NCBI GenBank assembly: GCA_036403735.1
Contig: DASWQK010000590.1
Coordinates: 1-30,394 of the forward strand
DNA length: 30,394 nucleotides
DNA from: Pyrinomonadaceae bacterium
Lineage (GTDB): Bacteria > Acidobacteriota > Blastocatellia > Pyrinomonadales > Pyrinomonadaceae
Direction: 5' to 3'
The position numbers were made by a program, and so were the translations under genes. Of this stretch, positions 17,727 through 26,486 are shown piece by piece (position 1 is the stretch's first letter; each line of letters starts with the position of its first letter). Below the pieces are notes generated by a model, which was given only the letters and a program-made list of their open reading frames with translations, ran no database searches and had not been told where the DNA came from.

Positions 17727-18053
17727 TCACTCAACACGTTTCGACGTTGAGGATTTGCTTGTGGCGTGATAGTCCATCCAGCCGTTGGGAGGGCCATCCA
17801 TGCGTGCTACGCGCTTCAAGACTGCGGCGCGGATGATATCGTTGAAGGATAATCCGCCACCATCTATCCATGAGAATTCAAACGAGTGGATTCTGCTATC
17901 GTGAAATGGAACAATGTATCTCCCTGGGCCGTCCGCGTTGATTCCGTAGGCAGTCAACCTAAAAGGAATCAGGTGTTCACGAATAAGATCGTCCAACGTT
18001 GTCTGTACTCTTAGCTTTATGTTTTCTGTGTCGGGTTTCATGTTCACAACCAT
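17727..18053 (-). CDS. Hypothetical protein (108 aa)
   Basis: SD GGAAGGA before ATG 18053; non-repetitive, globular-looking sequence. Confidence 0.55.
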   Translation of the reverse strand: MVVNMKPDTENIKLRVQTTLDDLIREHLIPFRLTAYGINADGPGRYIVPFHDSRIHSFEFSWIDGGGLSFNDIIRAAVLKRVARMDGPPNGWMDYHATSKSSTSKRVE

Positions 18054-18187
18054 AGTCCTTCCGACCACGCGGGGAGTTGCAGATGGGTGATGGTTGACTG
18101 GCGGTTGGTTACGGACGCGATTGGCTTTCCGCGTCAAAGGTCAACATGACCGGGGCAGAAACCCACAATTAACACTTCCCGCCGATT

Positions 18188-18259
18188 CTAGGCCAGTAAG
18201 CCCATGACGAGAGGTTTCTCGACGACGACGCTGACATGATCCAATCTCTTGGTCGTCAT
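18188..18259 (-). pseudogene. N-terminal remnant of a VOC/glyoxalase gene
   Basis: SD AAGGA, then MTTKRLDHVSVVVE (typical VOC N-terminus), with a stop after 23 aa. Confidence 0.45.
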
Positions 18260-18290
18260 GTCCTTAGCTTTCTTACGCTTACCCGCAAAC

Positions 18291-18360
18291 AAAAAACCGC
18301 GCCGGCTTCGCACTCGGGAAACGAAGCCAGCGCGGGTCCGGTCGCTGCGCTACGGCAGCG
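18291..18360 (-). terminator. Two-hairpin element ending in an intrinsic terminator, copy 1 (after pilin cassette B)
   Basis: CGCTGC-loop-GCAGCG, 7-nt linker, CCGCGCTGGCTTCG-TTTCCCGAGTG-CGAAGCCGGCGCGG, then T6. Confidence 0.85.
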
Positions 18361-18474
18361 CTCAGGTTGAAATGTTACCCGGGAAGAAGTTTTTTGAAAT
18401 GCTCGAAGCTGAAAGGTTTCCTTAGCAGCTGTCCGTTCTGATCTTGCTGGTTACTTCATTAACAGTAGAGCGCG

Positions 18475-18996
18475 TCAGGGTTTTTCCATTACCGCTTGAC
18501 CGTTGTTAGAGACCTTGATTGTGCTCGTTCCAGAAGAGTTAGTAAAAGTAATCGGGCTTACCTCTATCACGGCGGCGTTTGAGTCAACGGGCTTACCGAC
18601 TGAATCGAACATGAATGTTCTTGGAAAAGGCCCATTCATGGTGACGGGTTGTTCAACTATGCTAATTACAATTGGCATATCCAATGCGCCGTCGCCGTTT
18701 CCGTCCATCCTGACGCAATAGTATTTGTCGTTGAGAATTGTGACTTGGGCCATTTCAGGCGACGCGGTTGCTCGGCGCCTCATAGAATCATCGCGAGCCC
18801 TTTGAAGATAGTTCACAAACTGCTGAGCCGCGCTGGTGCGCAAGGCCGGCTTTTGTCCGTGGACCATCGTACTCACGGCGTAACTTACCACTACCAGAAT
18901 CACCACAGCAGCGATCAGCAGATCCAGGACTGAGAAGCCTTTGCAAGAACGTAGGTTTTGTTTTGGGAGGAAGTTGGCCTTCATAAGTAAAGTCAC
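18475..18996 (-). CDS. FimT/GspH-like minor pilin (extra copy, cassette B)
   Basis: Class III signal KG|FSVLDLLIAAVVILVVV, and FVNYLQRARDDSMRR typical of H-like pseudopilins. Confidence 0.75.
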   Translation of the reverse strand: MTLLMKANFLPKQNLRSCKGFSVLDLLIAAVVILVVVSYAVSTMVHGQKPALRTSAAQQFVNYLQRARDDSMRRRATASPEMAQVTILNDKYYCVRMDGNGDGALDMPIVISIVEQPVTMNGPFPRTFMFDSVGKPVDSNAAVIEVSPITFTNSSGTSTIKVSNNGQAVMEKP

Positions 18997-19017
18997 ATTC
19001 TGCGTTTGAGCACGCGA

Positions 19018-20691
19018 TCAGAATTCGCCGACTGCCACTACCCTTGGTCCGGGAGACGCTAACGCTCGGCGCACCCAGGAGGAGTCATATTGAATCGACG
19101 AGTTGCCGCTGCCGTTGCTGGAAAAAGCAGGCGCCAGGAAGTCCCCACTGTTGCCAAATCGCGCGATTATGATTGAACCCAGCGTCGCTCCGTTGCCGCC
19201 CCCACTTCGGACCAGTTGTCCTCCGCCAAGCACCAGGATCAAGCCGTCGAAGGCTGCACTGCCGTCAGTTGTTAGCGTTCCGGTTACCACCAGCAAGCCT
19301 GCGCCGCTAACTGGTCCAAGGGCGCCATCGCCGTCGATGAACGTAATCGCCGGCCGCGATGGAGTGCCAAAATCGGGCGGAGGGGAAGCAGTCGTGAAAT
19401 AGCGATTGTTGTTCGTCGCCAGCGTTCGCAATCCGATTACCAGTGAACGCGCCTGGTCTGCAGTTTGAAGCCAGGTGGGCAAGCTTGCAACGTCTACCTG
19501 CTGGACGGCCACCGGACTCCCATTCACCTGCGATCCGGGCAACGCAAGGCCGGTGACATAGTTGTAATCGGGTGCGCTGGTCACCCCGAAAGCGGGAAGA
19601 TCTTGTCCGGCTGCATTATCAAGTCCGGAATAGTGGTAGACGGCGCTGTTGCCGGCGTTGAAGCTAGCCACGGAACCGTCATCCGCGCTGCGAAGGGTGA
19701 TCGCGCTGACGGGCGAGAAATCAAAAGCGAATCTCGCAAGCAACATTTGCATCTGTTTCTGCGCAGCCCGAGGTCCAAAGCCGGTGATTCTAGCTGTCAG
19801 GCGGTTGGGTAGGGGCGCGGCAACCGTAACGGCCATCGGTGTCGTGCCGTTGGTGTTCAGCGCCAGAGTGCTTCGTGTGTAAACCGCGCCGGCGAGGTTA
19901 TTCGTCACTGCTGGGAATGTGACCGTGACGAGACCGGGGGAACTACTGTACGAGACAGTGCAATTGATCGTGAAGGTCGCTGGCCACGGAGCGGTTTGCG
20001 TAATAGTAAGCTTGAACGGCTCATTCGTAACTGTTGGCGAACCCACTGACTGCGTGATTCTGAATAAACCCAGTGTGGTGCTCCCACTGCCATTGATCGT
20101 CGCAGTTGTCTGCGGCTCATAAGTCAAAGTTACCATCGGGTTTCCAAGGCCGAACTGGTATGACGCTGCCATATTGTGATTTGTGAATCCACCGGAAGTC
20201 GAGAAAGTTACCACCGATGAATTGTCCGGGTCGCTTAACTGAGCGTTGAATGCTAAGCCGGTGATGGGTGAGTAATTCGCGGTGAGGCTTACTCTGTCTG
20301 TATACGTCGAGTCGTAGCTAAGCCAGCGAGAGAGGCGCGGGCCGGCCACGTCGTCCGTGAGATTTGAAGTAGAAGGGTTAACTGCCATGCGAAAATCGAT
20401 CATATTTGCCGAGGCGACGCCGCCTGAAGGATTGGTCGCAAAAATCGGATTGGGTGCCACGTTGCCCCGCAGCACATTCAACACCTGCTGTGTGCCTGCC
20501 TCCGCCGCATAGTAAGCCTTAGCCTCTGCCGCCGAGTCCGCGGTGTTTGCCGCCGACATCGAGGTAATCATGATCAAGGCGCCGCCGGCCATGAGCAAAG
20601 GGATGCTTATCAGCAGCATCGTAATGAGAGCTGCTCCGCGCTCGTTGGATTTACCGGACTTTGCGCTCTTAGCTGGAGAGATTATCTTCAT
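19018..20691 (-). CDS. pilX: PilX-like minor pilin with a large C-terminal domain (cassette B, 557 aa)
   Basis: NERG|AALITMLLISIPLL (no Glu5), AYYAAEAG, and a glycine-rich C-terminus (GAGLLVVTG...FDGLILV) that suggests a beta-helix. Confidence 0.8.
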   Translation of the reverse strand: MKIISPAKSAKSGKSNERGAALITMLLISIPLLMAGGALIMITSMSAANTADSAAEAKAYYAAEAGTQQVLNVLRGNVAPNPIFATNPSGGVASANMIDFRMAVNPSTSNLTDDVAGPRLSRWLSYDSTYTDRVSLTANYSPITGLAFNAQLSDPDNSSVVTFSTSGGFTNHNMAASYQFGLGNPMVTLTYEPQTTATINGSGSTTLGLFRITQSVGSPTVTNEPFKLTITQTAPWPATFTINCTVSYSSSPGLVTVTFPAVTNNLAGAVYTRSTLALNTNGTTPMAVTVAAPLPNRLTARITGFGPRAAQKQMQMLLARFAFDFSPVSAITLRSADDGSVASFNAGNSAVYHYSGLDNAAGQDLPAFGVTSAPDYNYVTGLALPGSQVNGSPVAVQQVDVASLPTWLQTADQARSLVIGLRTLATNNNRYFTTASPPPDFGTPSRPAITFIDGDGALGPVSGAGLLVVTGTLTTDGSAAFDGLILVLGGGQLVRSGGGNGATLGSIIIARFGNSGDFLAPAFSSNGSGNSSIQYDSSWVRRALASPGPRVVAVGEF

Positions 20692-20724
20692 GGATCAACT
20701 AACCTCATACTTCAAGTTGGAAAC

Positions 20725-21450
20725 TCAGTAGTTGAAAAGGTCGGAATTTCTCAACGCAATATCGGATGTCAACTGAACCTTGGAAGCCGGCTGATAACCG
20801 GGCGCTCCCGGTGTTGAGACTGCGGGCAAGTTCACACAGACTGTCATAACGATATACTTGGCGCCGCCCTTTTGCGCTACTTCGGTCACAGGATTGCCAA
20901 AGGAATCGCGAACGTCGGCAATATCGCAAGTGCCACTTGTATAAGTGACTTTGTCCGCGTAATAGCGAAGGTTCAAGGCGTCAACTCTGTTCGCGAGGAC
21001 CATCTCCTGGGCCGACGAGTTAACGTCGAGGCGAACGATGTAACTATTATTGCTGTCTGAGTACAGAAAGTACTTTACGTCTTCGTCGCGATCGCTTGTT
21101 GCGTTACTGGTTACTTCTCCGGACGCAGCGTTGAGATTGGCGCGTACTCTGATCGAGGACGCACCGGAGTCGGCGGCGACTATTCCGTTATCAATCAACG
21201 CGTAGCCCGAGTTAGAAATTTCCCTGGTCATCAAATTGAGGCCACGTTGGGTGTCTGCGAGGGCTTCAGTCTTTTGGTTCTCCCTGGTTCGGATACTGAA
21301 CGAGCCCGCTAGTAAGGCGCTCGCCAGGCCCGCCATCATTATCGTAATGGTCATCGCTACCATTAGTTCGGGCAACGAAAAGCCAGCCTCAAAGTATTTC
21401 AGGTCTGGGGACACTGACGGAAACAGACGTTGGGACATCTTAGAATTCAT
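20725..21450 (-). CDS. pilW: PilW-like minor pilin (cassette B)
   Basis: AG|FSLPELMVAM, then GLNLMTREISNSGY. Confidence 0.8.
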   Translation of the reverse strand: MNSKMSQRLFPSVSPDLKYFEAGFSLPELMVAMTITIMMAGLASALLAGSFSIRTRENQKTEALADTQRGLNLMTREISNSGYALIDNGIVAADSGASSIRVRANLNAASGEVTSNATSDRDEDVKYFLYSDSNNSYIVRLDVNSSAQEMVLANRVDALNLRYYADKVTYTSGTCDIADVRDSFGNPVTEVAQKGGAKYIVMTVCVNLPAVSTPGAPGYQPASKVQLTSDIALRNSDLFNY

Positions 21451-21452
21451 GA

Positions 21453-21923
21453 TTATTTCGCCTCATACGATCCCACCGAAGGTGCCGCGCGTTGCGACAG
21501 CACCATGACCGGAGAGTTCGCCCACTGGTTTGCTGACTGGGGCGTAACCTGAACCGTGATTAATTTGAGGACGTCGGATCCGCCACAGTCAGAGGTTGAG
21601 CAAATTGTTGTTAGAACCGAGTATTGACGTCCGGCGTTAAGAGCGGTCTCGGTAGTCGAAGGAGTTGTCAGCGGAGCATCGTTAAAGGAAGACTTGCGCA
21701 GACGCTCCATTCGCTGTTGCGCAATGGCCAGCGCGGCAGATCGGTCACCCGCGCCAGCGTTATAATTAACCGCATAGACAAACAGAGAGCCCGTAGCCAG
21801 AGTCACGATCATCATAATGATGAGCGCAAATGCAGTCTCCAGCAGCGAAAAGCCGTCCTCATTATGAGGTCCGGTCTTGACTTTGTGAGAAGCATCCGAA
21901 TTTGCTCGGTTCCGAAAACTCAT
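21453..21923 (-). CDS. pilV: PilV-like minor pilin (cassette B)
   Basis: SD AGGAG before ATG 21923; DG|FSLLETAFALIIM; ALAIAQQRMERLR. Confidence 0.8.
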   Translation of the reverse strand: MSFRNRANSDASHKVKTGPHNEDGFSLLETAFALIIMMIVTLATGSLFVYAVNYNAGAGDRSAALAIAQQRMERLRKSSFNDAPLTTPSTTETALNAGRQYSVLTTICSTSDCGGSDVLKLITVQVTPQSANQWANSPVMVLSQRAAPSVGSYEAK

Positions 21924-21937
21924 CTGTGCTCTCCTGT

Positions 21938-22855
21938 TTAGTTCGTTACAGTCAACAGTACCGTTAGAGTTGTACACGGTGAATTAAAATTCACCGCAAA
22001 CGTACCGCGAGTATTGTTTAATGAAGTGATCGAAAAATGTACTGAACCCCCGCCTGTCACCGTCTGCGATGTCGGAGTAACTCTCAGATTAATTGGAGCC
22101 GAGACGTTAACCGTGCCGGTGTTAGTCGCCGTTACCGTAATCTGAGCGCTGCTGCCGCCGTTCTTTCTGATCGAAATTGCCGAGGGATCTGCTGTATCTG
22201 TGCAGCCTACCCCGCCACCGCTAATGGGCGGACCAGCCTCGCCTGATCCATCATTGGTGCAATCGGCCGTATTGTTATGAACGGTGCTGCCCGACACCAC
22301 TGCCGTGGAATCAACTCCGGAGTTGGTGGTTACAGTCGCATATGTTGCGCTAGGCAGAACGTCGACATTGCTGTTGACGGTTACGTCTCCCGCATCCGAA
22401 ACGTCCACCCAGGACTGTTCTCCGCGGCTATTTTGAACCGCGAACGTAAGCGTGCAGGCAGAGGTGCGACCGCGCCAATTAAAATTAACAGTCGGCAAAG
22501 GCGTAGTGATTATCGCGACGTCACTTTCGAAAGGAAAAGTACGAGTGGAGGCGGTCCCGGAACCGCTGAAGTCCATGGTAACGTCGTACGTCGACGCCGA
22601 CGTAAAAACGACGGTCGAGTTACCGTGTCGCTTAATCGCATCCAGACGCGCCTTTTCGAGGTAACCGGCTAATATGCGCACTGAACTTTGCAGGCGCAAT
22701 GTTGCTTTCGTCGAGCTGAAGCTTACGATCGCAAAAGCCGAAACAATGGAGATGACCGCAAGGATGATAATTGTTTGTACCAGCGTGAAGCCGCTCGCGT
22801 CATTTATCCTGGACCGCAAGTTTGAATTCGCGGCTGGTGTCTCATAAAACGGCAT
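21938..22855 (-). CDS. FimT/GspH-like minor pilin with a C-terminal extension (cassette B)
   Basis: SG|FTLVQTIIILAVISIV; LAGYLEKARLDAIKR; FNWRG; an extra roughly 90-aa beta-rich tail. Confidence 0.8.
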   Translation of the reverse strand: MPFYETPAANSNLRSRINDASGFTLVQTIIILAVISIVSAFAIVSFSSTKATLRLQSSVRILAGYLEKARLDAIKRHGNSTVVFTSASTYDVTMDFSGSGTASTRTFPFESDVAIITTPLPTVNFNWRGRTSACTLTFAVQNSRGEQSWVDVSDAGDVTVNSNVDVLPSATYATVTTNSGVDSTAVVSGSTVHNNTADCTNDGSGEAGPPISGGGVGCTDTADPSAISIRKNGGSSAQITVTATNTGTVNVSAPINLRVTPTSQTVTGGGSVHFSITSLNNTRGTFAVNFNSPCTTLTVLLTVTN

Positions 22856-22923
22856 AGGAAAAATTCCAGGGCGCGCAGAGATCGATAAAGCGTGAGAAAC
22901 GAAACGGGGTCTCCGTTAGCTAT

Positions 22924-22939
22924 AACAACCGACGTGCCA
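22924..22939 (-). promoter_or_regulatory. Candidate sigma54 promoter for cassette B
   Basis: TGGCACGTCGGTTGTT: perfect -24 box, GT variant at -12. Confidence 0.55.
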
Positions 22940-23135
22940 CACTGGAATACGCACGAAAACCTGGAGTTGTGAGTCACACGTCGCTACCAGCCGAGAGAAA
23001 ATGTTACCGAAGGTTGCGACGAACGGAAGCGCATTACACAGTCGGTGAAGAGACGAAGATCGCGAGCGACCGGAACAATGAGCCGTGGCAAAGAGTTAAT
23101 AGGCCCGGTGATCAAAACGTCGTCCAATAAATAGG

Positions 23136-23210
23136 AAAAAACCGCGCCGGCTTCGCACTCGGGAAACGAAGCCAGCGCGGCTCGGATCGCTGCTAAGACT
23201 GAAGGCAGCG
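23136..23210 (-). terminator. Two-hairpin element ending in an intrinsic terminator, copy 2 (after pilin cassette A)
   Basis: 45 nt (23136-23180) identical to 18291-18335; same CGCTGC/GCAGCG upstream stem with a different loop. Confidence 0.85.
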
Positions 23211-23223
23211 TCGAGTTAAAGCC

Positions 23224-26200
23224 TTACAGGATCTGTTTGAAACCAGTCGGCTCGATATGTTGGAACAGTGGAGTCGCTGGCGGTAGTCGCGTCGGATCCA
23301 GGAATGTCACGTCAAACGCCCAATCGCGAATGGGTGGTTGATAGATGATAAAGGGCGAAACATATGACCATGGTCCCACGGCCTGGGTCGAATGGTACAG
23401 AGGTATGAACGAACCGACACAGTTCCATCGGCGCTGGACTGTGTACCAATCTTCAACAAAACGCGGGAAATTGATCATGCCGCCATTCAAACGCGATTCG
23501 TACCCATTACCCTGATCGGGTGTTCCCGACAAAGCTGAAAGGTTATTGCCGGCAATAATCCCGGCACGCACGGATGTTTCAGCTGCGACGTTTGGCAGAT
23601 TGAGATCAGCTAATCGATTGGTGCTCGTGTCGGGATACATCGCGCTCGAGCTGTCAAACCATGTCTTGGACATCGGCGAGAAAGCATCCGCGACGATTGA
23701 AGCGGGAACTTGATTGCCGGTGTAATGACACGACGCGGCCGGATCGTTAAGGCAGGCCACGCCACTCGCAGGCGCAACGTTGATGCCGGTCGTGTTGTAG
23801 TTTCCCCAAATGAAAACCATGTTTTCAGCGGATACCGTAATACCCAGCGTCGATGAGAGCTTTCCGGCAGCTCCGGTAACCATCAAGTTGTCGCCATTGA
23901 ACAAGCGAACTGAACGGCGAAAATAGTTGTTCGGGTTGGTCCAGGCAGCAACGGATATCGCTCGCTTGACTCGCGATGTGAAGTCCGCTCCTGATGTGCC
24001 ACTGAGCGCAACCGGATCAGGAAGTTCAGCCGTATCCTTTACCAAAGTTCCTGTTTCCTGAACATCTTCACCCGGATCAAGCGTGCCGTTTGGACCATAG
24101 ATGTCCTCGTTATCGGCCATGCCATTTGTTGCCGTCACCGGTGTGCCAGAAGCAACAAATGATCGCACGTTGTCACCGCGGCGGTCGGAAACATAGATCG
24201 TGTAGCCGTCGGGTTTGGCTATGTTAGTGCTCAACGCATTGGTGCCCTGCAAGAGATTGTTGTCGTAAATGCCATCAAACCAGCGGGCCACGTTTCGCAT
24301 ATTCAGTTGAACGACATTCATGATGCCGCGTTCGTAAACAACGTTCTGGGTCATCGCATTGCTGATGCATCCTTCCTGAACGTCATAGACGTTGATCGGT
24401 ACGATCGCGTTCCAGCTTGTCCAGTTAGGTCCCGGCGTGCCCGACATCAAAGTAGCAATTGCATTCGATGGTGGAATATCAGAGCGTTTAGCTTGGCCAG
24501 CCCCATCATCAGAGATATTGGTCATGTATCCGTGGGTCGAATCAAGCGTGGGATGTGTCGAGTCGATCAGGATTTCACCATCAGCTCCGATGTAGGTGCT
24601 GTTCAGGATGTAGGTCAGATAGTTGGTGCCGCCAGAAGCGCTGGCATCCCGCTGTCCTTGTGTGAACGCCGCCCACAGCGGGCGCTGTAGCATCACAATA
24701 GAGTTAGCCTCGCCTTCGGTTATCCCCATACTAAGAATTTCGCGCGTGACGTCACGGGCTACGCCATTGGCATCGATGACTTCGATCAGAATATGACCAT
24801 ACAGTCCCGCGCCATATGGAACGACAGCGCCGTTCGCGGATTTCATGAGTTTGTAAACAGTGCCAGTGTTGGCTGTAGCACTGCCATTTCCCGCCCGGCC
24901 GGTTAGGGCGAAGGTGGTCGCGGTCACGGAACCGATCGTGTATTCACCGTTAGCGTTCGTGTTGGCGCCCAGGACCCCGCTGATATAGACCACGTCTCCG
25001 TTCGAAAATCCATGAGCAGTGCTGGTGGTAATCACGATCGGATTGGTGTTGCTGGCGCTGGTTATGGCCTTGGCCGCCGGAGGAGCCTTGGGGCTGCGGA
25101 CTGTGTCTGCCTGAATCGCGGGCGACGGACTTGGTTGGGCCTGCAACACAAAGGATGTTGAGGTCTCGTTATAGCTATTAGAGAAGGTGGTATTGTTGTC
25201 GAGAATTCGCCACAACGCGCGGCCTCCGCCGTTCGTCGCAGGTGTCGAACTCACTGCCAAATTTGGCAATGGTTGAGGATCATAGGTTGATAGATTGACA
25301 CCCTGACCGGCGGGAATGCCAGCCGCGTCGGTGGTGTTTGTTTCGTCATCAAGCAGGATCCGAATCTGCGCCTTCGAGTGATAACGTGAATTGCTGAGTA
25401 TAGTAGGGTTGGCCGGATCTGGATTGTCATTTGGCAGCCGGCGCTTTAGGATCTCTCGTGTCAGATTCCCTTCGAGCTGCATCGGCAGCAACAATGGCGC
25501 AGCGCCTGTGCTTCCGGTCAATAGTTGCCCACCAAACTGATTTGCAACGCCTGATTGCGCTGCCGCTACAGATTTCGTGTTCCAAGTCGAATTAATAGTT
25601 CCGTTAGGCGAACCAGGCCAGTAACCACGTTGAGTGGAAGTCGCCCCGACAATATTGGGTCCGTTGACCATGCTGCCCATTGTGATCGGTACGTTGACCG
25701 CGCCGACCGTCATAAAGACATTGTAATAGCCGCCAAGATTTGTTCCATTGCGCCAAACATCGGTTATGAATTCTCCGGCAGTCGTCACCTTGGCCTGAAA
25801 TGTCATACTCGTACTGGCGCTGGCGTAAATGTTTCCATTGGCGTGCACGCGTCCATTGATGGCCATCGACGGCAGTGGATAAAGCTCTATGTCTTCATTG
25901 CTGAACATGCCGAACTGAAAGATTGGAATCAGATAATTATTCATCTGGCGTCGCAGAGAAACTGAACTTCCCGTGGCGCTTTGGGTTGCCGTCGAGGTCA
26001 GAATGTAAGGCGTGACACTGGCAACCAGCCCCGAAAAAGGTCCAGTGGGGATTGTTACGGTGCTACCACTTTGCGACGGATCCGTAACCAAACTTTGGTT
26101 GAAGGTAAAGCCTTCGCTGGTCAACTCTGTCGGGTACGAAATGGCGATGTTGTTTAACTGTGCCGTCGTCGGCTTAGATGTTTTTGTGAATAGATCACCA

Positions 26201-26415
26201 AAATCGCTGGTCATCTTTTCAATGCCAGCCGCGCTGGCATAAAACGTCTGGGTGCGCTGAAGATCGCTGCCGGCGATGCGTGACTCATGCGTGACCACGG
26301 CCAGCACAGTCATCGAGACGGCGGCGAGCAGAGACATGATAATCAGTGCGGTGGCCAGGGCGGCGCCACGCTCACTGTGGCGGCGGTTGATCGCGGGGTT
26401 GATATTTGTACGCAT
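23224..26415 (-). CDS. pilX: Very large PilX-like minor pilin / putative tip adhesin (cassette A, 1063 aa)
   Basis: SD AAGGA before ATG 26415; SERG|AALATALIIM (no Glu5); TFYASAAGIE; IPIFQFGMF...INGRVHANGNIY; C-terminal GGMINFPRFVEDW...PPIRDWAFD. Confidence 0.82.
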   Translation of the reverse strand: MRTNINPAINRRHSERGAALATALIIMSLLAAVSMTVLAVVTHESRIAGSDLQRTQTFYASAAGIEKMTSDFGDLFTKTSKPTTAQLNNIAISYPTELTSEGFTFNQSLVTDPSQSGSTVTIPTGPFSGLVASVTPYILTSTATQSATGSSVSLRRQMNNYLIPIFQFGMFSNEDIELYPLPSMAINGRVHANGNIYASASTSMTFQAKVTTAGEFITDVWRNGTNLGGYYNVFMTVGAVNVPITMGSMVNGPNIVGATSTQRGYWPGSPNGTINSTWNTKSVAAAQSGVANQFGGQLLTGSTGAAPLLLPMQLEGNLTREILKRRLPNDNPDPANPTILSNSRYHSKAQIRILLDDETNTTDAAGIPAGQGVNLSTYDPQPLPNLAVSSTPATNGGGRALWRILDNNTTFSNSYNETSTSFVLQAQPSPSPAIQADTVRSPKAPPAAKAITSASNTNPIVITTSTAHGFSNGDVVYISGVLGANTNANGEYTIGSVTATTFALTGRAGNGSATANTGTVYKLMKSANGAVVPYGAGLYGHILIEVIDANGVARDVTREILSMGITEGEANSIVMLQRPLWAAFTQGQRDASASGGTNYLTYILNSTYIGADGEILIDSTHPTLDSTHGYMTNISDDGAGQAKRSDIPPSNAIATLMSGTPGPNWTSWNAIVPINVYDVQEGCISNAMTQNVVYERGIMNVVQLNMRNVARWFDGIYDNNLLQGTNALSTNIAKPDGYTIYVSDRRGDNVRSFVASGTPVTATNGMADNEDIYGPNGTLDPGEDVQETGTLVKDTAELPDPVALSGTSGADFTSRVKRAISVAAWTNPNNYFRRSVRLFNGDNLMVTGAAGKLSSTLGITVSAENMVFIWGNYNTTGINVAPASGVACLNDPAASCHYTGNQVPASIVADAFSPMSKTWFDSSSAMYPDTSTNRLADLNLPNVAAETSVRAGIIAGNNLSALSGTPDQGNGYESRLNGGMINFPRFVEDWYTVQRRWNCVGSFIPLYHSTQAVGPWSYVSPFIIYQPPIRDWAFDVTFLDPTRLPPATPLFQHIEPTGFKQIL

Positions 26416-26486
26416 AACAGGTTCCTTATGAAATCGATGTGTGGTTCGTGTGCGGTGCATGTTGTCCAGCGTCCTGATTCACGGGC

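Noticed and set aside
18291-18360. Duplicated element as a T-box or a DGR template/variable repeat
   Set aside because: No T-box UGGN motif, no adenine-specific mismatches, and no reverse transcriptase gene in the window.
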